Notes under the pieces: generated by a model
Databases searched by the model: none
What the model saw: only the letters and a program-made list of their open reading frames with translations
What the model was told of the DNA's origin: nothing
Shown here: one piece after another, positions 57,733-64,000 of the stretch
Layout of the letters: each line of letters begins with the position of its first letter
How positions within the stretch are numbered: the stretch's first letter is position 1
Program-made: the position numbers and the translations under genes
Source of the DNA: Candidatus Omnitrophota bacterium
GTDB lineage: Bacteria > Omnitrophota > Gorgyraeia > Zapsychrales > Zapsychraceae
Direction: 5' to 3'
Length of the DNA stretch: 64,000 nucleotides
Assembly: GCA_015233115.1 (NCBI GenBank)
Contig: JADFYJ010000001.1
Location: forward strand, 67,084 to 131,083

Positions 57733-58248
57733 ATGCCAAATGTTATGCTGCGCAAATTTGAAAAAGTTTGCGCGATCATTGATAAACACGATAATAATCC
57801 CGCTCATTTGATTCCGATTTTACAAGAGATTCAAAATGAATACCGTTATTTGCCCGAAGATGTGATGACTTTTTTAGCCACTTCATTGGGACTTTCTCCC
57901 GCGAAAGTTTTTGGCGTGGCTTCATTTTACGCTCATTTTTCCTTATCACCTAAAGGCAAATATGTTATCCGGCTCTGCGATGGTACAGCATGCCACGTTA
58001 AGGGTTCACACGGAATACTTGAAACTTTGTATGCCAAATTAAAACTTGATGAAAAAAATCATACGACTCCGGATATGTTATTTACGGTTGAAACTGTGGC
58101 TTGTCTGGGCGCCTGCGGAATCGCGCCGGTAGTTGTAATTAATGAAAAAGTTTATGGTCAGGTCACCGCCCAAAAAGCGGCAGATTTGGTGGATGAGATC
58201 ATGATGAAGGAGGATGGCAGTCATGTGTCAAATAAAGTCAACAGCTGA
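57733..58248 (+). CDS. NuoE-like [2Fe-2S] thioredoxin-fold subunit (HydC/HndA-type) of an NADH-dependent hydrogenase
   Basis: Four Cys in C-x4-C...C-x3-C spacing (CDGTACHVKG...CLGACGIAP). Confidence 0.8.
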   Translation: MPNVMLRKFEKVCAIIDKHDNNPAHLIPILQEIQNEYRYLPEDVMTFLATSLGLSPAKVFGVASFYAHFSLSPKGKYVIRLCDGTACHVKGSHGILETLYAKLKLDEKNHTTPDMLFTVETVACLGACGIAPVVVINEKVYGQVTAQKAADLVDEIMMKEDGSHVSNKVNS

Positions 58249-60118
58249 AATTGTCTTTACTGGACGTGAGGGTTTGCGGCGTATCATTATATGCACGGGA
58301 ACTGGCTGCGTTGCTAACGGCGCTTTGGATGTTTATAACACATTTCTTGAGGAAATGGCCGAAGCGGACATTGAAGTCGTAACTCATTTCAAGTCTTTAA
58401 ATGAAATACGCACTCCTGCTAATGGAGTTTATTTATCCAAAAGCGGATGCCAGGGATTTTGCCAAATGGGCCCGCTGGTTAGCATTGATCCGGATAATAT
58501 TTTGTATAACAAGGTAAAAGCTGAAGATGTCAAAGCCATCATTCATAAAACATTGCTAAAAGGCGAAGTGATCAAGTCATTATTGTATGTAGAGCCTTCC
58601 AGCGGCAAAATTTTTCGTTCACAAAAAGATATCCCTTTTTACCTCCGGCAAACGCGTTTTGTCCTCAAACAGTGCGGAGAGCTTAACCCCGAAGATATCA
58701 ATGAGTACATTGCTATCGGCGGATATAAAGCCGCGGAAAAGGCGTTTCGGGATATGACACCGGAACAAATTTGTAAAGACATGCTGGCGGCAGGTTTACG
58801 AGGCAGGGGAGGCGGAGGCTTTCCAACGGGATACAAATGGAATGTTTGTCGGATTCAGGATAATGCCAAAAAATATATTATTTGTAACGGTGATGAAGGC
58901 GATCCGGGCGCGTTTATGGATCGGTCAGTCATGGAAGGGAACCCTCATTCTGTTATTGAAGGAATGATGATCGCGGCTTGTGCCATTGGGGCAGATGAAG
59001 GCTATGTGTATGTGCGCGCGGAATATCCGCTGGCTGTTAAAAGAGTGAGGCAGGCATGCGCTGACGCTTTAGCTTTTGGACTTTTAGGAAATAATATTTT
59101 TAACACCGGACGGTCAATAAATATCCGGGTTATGGAAGGAGCTGGCGCATTTGTTTGCGGAGAAGAAACAGCTTTAATAGCGTCGATTGAAGGCCATCGC
59201 GGGATGCCGCGGTTAAAACCGCCTTTTCCGGCACAGTCAGGACTTTGGGGCAAACCAACAGTGATTAATAACGTAGAAACTTTAGCTACCGTTCCGCTCA
59301 TCCTGGTGAACGGAGTAGAAGAATTTCGCTCGATGGGTACTGAAAAATCTCCTGGCACAAAAACTTTTGCTTTAACCGGTCATGTGGCCAATACCGGTCT
59401 TATTGAAGTTCCTTTTGGAACTACCTTACGAGAAATAGTCATGGAAGTGGGCGGCGGAATTACGGATAAAAAAGGCCGTATTGATCCGAATGGTTTTAAG
59501 GCTGTTCAAATAGGGGGGCCGTCCGGTGGATGTTTGACGCAGGAACATTTAGATTTAAAAATGGATTTTGATTCTTTACGTTCTATTGGCGCCATGATTG
59601 GTTCTGGCGGGTTGGTATGCATGAACCAAGCAACGTGTATGGTTGCTGTTGCGAAATATTTTATGCAGTTTACTCAGCGGGAATCATGCGGCAAATGTGT
59701 ATTGTGCCGTGAAGGCACAAAACAAATGCTGTATTTACTGGAGGATATCGTCGAAGGCCGCGGGACAAAAGAAACACTTTCGCTCCTCGAAGAATTGGCC
59801 ATTGTGGTCCAAAAAGGATCATTGTGCGGTTTGGGAAAGACAGCTCCGAATCCTGTGCTTTCTACGCTTAGATACTTTAAAGATGAGTATATAGCGCATG
59901 TGGTGGAAAAACGCTGTCCAACCGGCGAATGCAAAAAATTAGCAAAACCAGAAATTCATCCGGAAAAATGCAAAGGCTGCACCTTATGCAGTAAAAAATG
60001 TCCGGTTGGAGCGATTAAAGGTGAAATTAAAAAAACGCATGTCATCAATGATAAAAAATGTATTAAATGTGGTGTGTGCGCTCAAGTTTGTAAATTTGAT
60101 GCGGTAACAGGAGTGTAA
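58214..60118 (+). CDS. NuoF-like flavoprotein subunit (HydB/HndC-type) with an N-terminal 2Fe-2S domain and C-terminal 2x[4Fe-4S]
   Basis: GRGGGGFPTGYKW (FMN site), NADH-binding glycine-rich motifs, the SLBB cluster C-x2-C-x2-C and two ferredoxin motifs at the C-terminus. Confidence 0.85.
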   Translation: MAVMCQIKSTAEIVFTGREGLRRIIICTGTGCVANGALDVYNTFLEEMAEADIEVVTHFKSLNEIRTPANGVYLSKSGCQGFCQMGPLVSIDPDNILYNKVKAEDVKAIIHKTLLKGEVIKSLLYVEPSSGKIFRSQKDIPFYLRQTRFVLKQCGELNPEDINEYIAIGGYKAAEKAFRDMTPEQICKDMLAAGLRGRGGGGFPTGYKWNVCRIQDNAKKYIICNGDEGDPGAFMDRSVMEGNPHSVIEGMMIAACAIGADEGYVYVRAEYPLAVKRVRQACADALAFGLLGNNIFNTGRSINIRVMEGAGAFVCGEETALIASIEGHRGMPRLKPPFPAQSGLWGKPTVINNVETLATVPLILVNGVEEFRSMGTEKSPGTKTFALTGHVANTGLIEVPFGTTLREIVMEVGGGITDKKGRIDPNGFKAVQIGGPSGGCLTQEHLDLKMDFDSLRSIGAMIGSGGLVCMNQATCMVAVAKYFMQFTQRESCGKCVLCREGTKQMLYLLEDIVEGRGTKETLSLLEELAIVVQKGSLCGLGKTAPNPVLSTLRYFKDEYIAHVVEKRCPTGECKKLAKPEIHPEKCKGCTLCSKKCPVGAIKGEIKKTHVINDKKCIKCGVCAQVCKFDAVTGV

Positions 60119-60123
60119 TACTT

Positions 60124-62136
60124 ATGGAAAAATATATTAATATTGACGGCAGGGATGTTCCGATTAACGGAGAAAAAAACCTTTTGGAATTGATCCGAAA
60201 AGCGGGGATTGATATTCCCACTTTTTGTTACGTATCCGAGTTGAGCGTGTATGGCGCGTGCCGTATGTGTACGGTTGAAATAGAGGGGCGCGGCTTGCAG
60301 ACATCGTGTTCTACTTTACCTGAACCGGGTTTAAAAGTCCGCACCAATACCGAAGTGGTGCGTCAAATTCGGCGGGTAGCTTTGGAATTAATTTTGGCTA
60401 ATCATGAGCGGGAATGCACCAGTTGTGTGAAAAATACAAATTGCAAACTGCAGAGTTTATCCAAAAGGATGGGGGTGGATGAAATTCGTTTCCGTTCCAT
60501 CAAAAAGCCGGCGATTATCGACGATGATAATCCGTCAATCGTCCGGAATCCGAATAAATGCATTTTATGCGGCGACTGTGTCCGGATGTGTTCTGAAGTG
60601 CAGGGTATCGGCGCGATTGATTTCGCGCATCGGGGACATGAAGTAGTGGTCCAGCCCGCCTTTGGCAAAAATTTATCCCAGGTGCAGTGTGTGTATTGCG
60701 GCCAATGTGCTCGGGTTTGCCCGACAGGCGCATTGACCCCAAAATCTGAAATTGTCCAGGTTTGGAAAGCTTTGCAGGATTCAACCAAGACTGTGGTGGT
60801 ACAGATTGCGCCGGCAGTGCGTGTGGCGCTGGGAGAATCTTTTGGATATCCGGCTGGCGCGTTGACCACTGGACAGATTGTCTCCGCGCTTAAAATGATG
60901 GGCTTCCGGAAAGTTTTTGACACTTGTTTTTCTGCGGATTTGACGATTCTGGAAGAAGGTAATGAATTTATCCGCCGTCTAAAAGAAAATTTGCCGCTGC
61001 CGATGTTTACGTCGTGCTGCCCTTCGTGGGTGAAATTTGTTGAACAGCATTTTCCGGAATTTATCCCGAATTTGTCAACGTGCAAATCGCCTCAGCAAAT
61101 GTTTGGTGCTGTTGCCAAAGGAATATTAGCGGCTGAAATGGGAATTAAAAAAGACAATATGGTGGTGGTATCCATTATGCCGTGTACCGCCAAAAAATTT
61201 GAAGCTAAGCGGTCAGAATTTGCGCAAAACGGAATACCAGATGTAGATCATGTCATTACCACGCAGGAATTAGCACAAATGATTAACGAGCATGGGATAC
61301 AATTTCGTAGCCTTAAACCTGAATCATTGGATATGCCGATGGGATTTAAAACCGGAGCTGGGGTTATTTTTGGAAATACCGGCGGGGTTATGGAAGCCAC
61401 GCTGCGGTATGTTTATGAGAAAGTAGAAGGCCGGATATTAGAAAACCCTGATTTTCAAGAAGTGCGGGGCGAGGCAGGAATCAGGGAAGCAGAGATCAAG
61501 TTGGCTGGTAAAATTTATAAACTCGCCGTGATTCATTCATTGGCCAATGCTAAGGAAATTTTGGCGCAAATTAAAAATGGTGAAAAACAATATCATTTTA
61601 TTGAATTTATGGCTTGTCCGGCAGGATGCATCAATGGCGCGGGCCAGCCGGTAAATTTTGATCCTGATTATCGTCGACAACGTGCTAAAGGGCTTTATGA
61701 GGCTGACAAAATGCAGCAGCTGCACAAATCTCAGGATAACCCTTATTTAAAAGAACTTTATACTAATAAACTGGGTGAGGTGGGGGGAGAAAAAGCGCAT
61801 CATTTACTACATACGAATTATAATGCGCGCCGCAGGATGAAGGGCAAATCCATGCTGATTGTTGATGGTAAAAATACCGAAAAATTAGAAATCAGCGTTT
61901 GTGTTGGGACCAGCTGTTACTTAAAAGGCAGCCAGGATTTACTGCATCATTTGGCCAGACATGTGGCAGAAAAAGGATTGCAGGACAAGGTTCAGGTCAA
62001 AGCTACATTCTGTTTTGAGAAATGTAATAAAGGGCCAAGTATCAAGGTTGGAGAAAAAGTGATTGATCATTGCGATATGCATAAAGCCGCTTTAGCAGTA
62101 GATAAAGCGATAGAGGCCATATTTACTAAGGTTTAA
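60124..62136 (+). CDS. hydA: [FeFe]-hydrogenase catalytic subunit HydA with a C-terminal NuoE-like domain
   Basis: H-cluster motifs are intact: L1 FTSCCPSW, L2 MPCTAKKFE, L3 EFMACPAGCINGAGQP. N-terminal 2Fe-2S, His-ligated and 4Fe-4S ferredoxin domains. Confidence 0.85.
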   Translation: MEKYINIDGRDVPINGEKNLLELIRKAGIDIPTFCYVSELSVYGACRMCTVEIEGRGLQTSCSTLPEPGLKVRTNTEVVRQIRRVALELILANHERECTSCVKNTNCKLQSLSKRMGVDEIRFRSIKKPAIIDDDNPSIVRNPNKCILCGDCVRMCSEVQGIGAIDFAHRGHEVVVQPAFGKNLSQVQCVYCGQCARVCPTGALTPKSEIVQVWKALQDSTKTVVVQIAPAVRVALGESFGYPAGALTTGQIVSALKMMGFRKVFDTCFSADLTILEEGNEFIRRLKENLPLPMFTSCCPSWVKFVEQHFPEFIPNLSTCKSPQQMFGAVAKGILAAEMGIKKDNMVVVSIMPCTAKKFEAKRSEFAQNGIPDVDHVITTQELAQMINEHGIQFRSLKPESLDMPMGFKTGAGVIFGNTGGVMEATLRYVYEKVEGRILENPDFQEVRGEAGIREAEIKLAGKIYKLAVIHSLANAKEILAQIKNGEKQYHFIEFMACPAGCINGAGQPVNFDPDYRRQRAKGLYEADKMQQLHKSQDNPYLKELYTNKLGEVGGEKAHHLLHTNYNARRRMKGKSMLIVDGKNTEKLEISVCVGTSCYLKGSQDLLHHLARHVAEKGLQDKVQVKATFCFEKCNKGPSIKVGEKVIDHCDMHKAALAVDKAIEAIFTKV

Positions 62137-62159
62137 TCAATTTTATAGGCGGTGAATGT

Positions 62160-63896
62160 ATGGTGGTAGATACACAAGGACAACAAGTCATTTTTACAAA
62201 TGAGGCGCAGTGCCGCGATTGTTATCGATGTGTCCGTGTTTGCCCGGTTAAAGCCATTAAGGTTGAAGGTAATCAGGCCAGGGTGGATGCGGATCGGTGC
62301 ATTGTTTGCGGAACCTGTGTCCGTGAATGTCCACAAGGCGCGAAAACGTACCGTAAAGATATTGATCTGGCAGAATCTATTATTGAAAAAGGCGGGATGC
62401 TTGCCGCCAGTATAGCCCCTGCTTTTGCCGGAGTTTTTGAAGAATGGGAATATTTGCGTCTCACGTCGGCATTGAGACGCTTAGGTTTTAAATATGTGGC
62501 AGAAACCGCGATAGGTGCATATATGGTAGCGCGCGAAACTGCCGGAGTCGTCCGGAGTAATACCGGTTCACATATTTGTACAGCTTGTCCAGCTTTAGTG
62601 AATTTTGTTGAGAAATATGATCCTAAACGTATTCCCCTTATGGTGCCGGTTGTTTCCCCGATGATCGCTCATGCAAAACATATTAAAAATCAGTTTGGGA
62701 CAGAAACAAAAGTTGTATTTATCGGGCCTTGTGTCGCTAAGAAATTCGAGGCTCAGCGTCAGGAATTAAAGGGTATCGTTGATTGTGTTTTAACATTCGA
62801 AGAGTTGGAAATACTTTTATCTCGTCGCGGCATTGATTTAAGAAATTGTGAGGAAAGCGCGTTTGATGAACTCCCTTGCGGCCGGTCGCGGATATTTCCC
62901 GTTGAAGGCGGTTCGCTGGCCACTGCGGAAATGGATACAAATGTCATTGATGAACGAATAATTTTTGTCAGCGGATTTGATGAAATAAAAACTTGCATGG
63001 CGGCTAACACCAACAAAGGCATGGGACAGGTGATCGAGCCTCTATTATGCTCGAAGGGTTGCGTGAATGGTCCGGGAATTAAACGGCCGGGAAATCCTTT
63101 TGAACGCCGGGCAAAAATTATCCGTTACGCGAAGCAATTTATGTCAGCAGCAGGAAAAGAACCGGCAAAAATTGACCTTAAAACTAATTATTGTTCGATT
63201 CCGGTTATTGCTCAGGGAGAGGTTATTGAAGCCAATGTCCGCGCTGTTCTTGAAAAAACTGGAAAAGCCCGGATAGAACAACAGTTGAATTGCGGGGCAT
63301 GCGGCTATTCGAGCTGTCGTGACCAGGCCGTAGCTGTCGTGCAGGGGATGGCAGAAACCAGCATGTGCATTCCTTATATGCGGAGACTGGCAGAACAGCG
63401 GTCTGACCGGATTATGCAAACCAGTCCTAACGGTATTGTTGTTTTGGATCAAGATTTTAAAATTGTTGATCTAAACGCGGCGTTTGGCACTATGTTTAAA
63501 ACCGGGCCTTCAGCACTGGGACGGCACATTTCTCAATTCGTAGACCCTGATCCTTTTGAAAAAGTGGCGTGCCGGCAAGTAGAAATTCACGACGATCAAC
63601 GCGAATACCCACAGTACAATTTGGTTGTGCGGGAAGTTGTTTATGCTTTGCGGTCAGAAGCTCAATATGTGGGCATGTTTATCAATATTACGTCAACAGC
63701 TTATAATGCCCAGCAATTGCAACAGGTCAAGGATGAAACTGTACAACAAGCTCAAGAATTATATGCTCACCAAATAGAAATGGCAAAAAATTTAGCCAAT
63801 TTCCTTGGTCAATATACGGCCAAAGGCGAGCAGATAGTCCATAAACTTTTAGACGCGGTGAATGATAAAGATAGTTTCCGGAATAAGAAAATTTAA
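62160..63896 (+). CDS. Sensory-type [FeFe]-hydrogenase paralogue (HydS/HfsB-like) with a C-terminal PAS domain
   Basis: Two N-terminal 4Fe-4S motifs. Variant H-cluster motifs (CTACPALV, GPCVAKKFE, LCSKGCVNGPG). A C-terminal PAS-like fold (IVVLDQDFKIVDLNAAF...). Confidence 0.7.
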   Translation: MVVDTQGQQVIFTNEAQCRDCYRCVRVCPVKAIKVEGNQARVDADRCIVCGTCVRECPQGAKTYRKDIDLAESIIEKGGMLAASIAPAFAGVFEEWEYLRLTSALRRLGFKYVAETAIGAYMVARETAGVVRSNTGSHICTACPALVNFVEKYDPKRIPLMVPVVSPMIAHAKHIKNQFGTETKVVFIGPCVAKKFEAQRQELKGIVDCVLTFEELEILLSRRGIDLRNCEESAFDELPCGRSRIFPVEGGSLATAEMDTNVIDERIIFVSGFDEIKTCMAANTNKGMGQVIEPLLCSKGCVNGPGIKRPGNPFERRAKIIRYAKQFMSAAGKEPAKIDLKTNYCSIPVIAQGEVIEANVRAVLEKTGKARIEQQLNCGACGYSSCRDQAVAVVQGMAETSMCIPYMRRLAEQRSDRIMQTSPNGIVVLDQDFKIVDLNAAFGTMFKTGPSALGRHISQFVDPDPFEKVACRQVEIHDDQREYPQYNLVVREVVYALRSEAQYVGMFINITSTAYNAQQLQQVKDETVQQAQELYAHQIEMAKNLANFLGQYTAKGEQIVHKLLDAVNDKDSFRNKKI

Positions 63897-63907
63897 GGAA
63901 AGAATTA

Positions 63908-64000
63908 TGGCTTATCAACACGTTGAGGTGGAAAGTCAACAATCCTCCAAGCATCCGGGAACGCCGTGCGGTGATACATTTTTAGTGAAACGTACCATTT
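63908..64000 (+). CDS. 5' end of a gene truncated by the window edge, possibly a PP2C/SpoIIE-type phosphatase
   Basis: Only 31 codons are visible. TPCGDTF resembles PP2C motif I (x-GD-x-F/Y). Confidence 0.3.

Noticed and set aside
60402-61085. 227-aa - strand ORF inside hydA, and many similar - strand ORFs (for example 6223-6702, 5308-5760, 1447-1764, 11068-11532, 53524-53817)
   Set aside because: They lie fully inside well-supported + strand genes with recognisable domains. Their translations are low-complexity or Ser/Cys/Arg-rich antisense artefacts with no motifs or ribosome-binding sites.

Overview
The window is AT-rich bacterial DNA with nearly every gene on the + strand. Only a small ferredoxin and one tRNA-Ser are on the - strand. 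It contains four gene clusters, three tRNA-Ser loci and two families of intergenic repeats.

- 0.1-14 kb: a cytoskeletal/positioning cluster. It encodes an iron-responsive regulator pair (a FecR-domain protein and a DtxR-family repressor fused to FeoA), three HEAT-repeat proteins with acidic, Lys-rich and Pro-rich low-complexity segments, small membrane and zinc-ribbon proteins, a ParA/MinD ATPase, two coiled-coil proteins and two tandem MamK-like actins. This resembles the accessory (mad-type) part of a magnetosome gene cluster. No mamAB core genes lie inside the window.
- 14-44 kb: a dense array of paralogous two-component proteins. These are PAS-rich sensor kinases sharing an H-E-x-N-Q-P-L H-box, two periplasmic-binding-protein/Cache-kinase pairs, several single-domain or dual-receiver regulators, an HD-GYP protein and a REC-PAS-GGDEF-EAL protein.
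- 44-56 kb: a CheB-CheR-PAS-histidine-kinase fusion, a papain-like peptidase, an M16 peptidase, a type II/IV-secretion-family ATPase and RecQ.
- 57-64 kb: a Rex-controlled electron-bifurcating-type [FeFe] hydrogenase operon (NuoE-like, NuoF-like, HydA). It is followed by a PAS-containing sensory hydrogenase paralogue and the start of a PP2C-like gene.
- tRNA-Ser loci: three isoacceptors (TGA, CGA, GGA). Each sits in the same repeated cassette of an upstream hairpin element, a tRNA fragment, the tRNA and 166-209 bp repeats ending in a tRNA 3'-end mimic.
- Intergenic repeats: 7-8 nt tandem-repeat arrays recur at least six times, often as inverted pairs around an AT-rich spacer carrying a conserved GAAAAAGCGATTA-like core.
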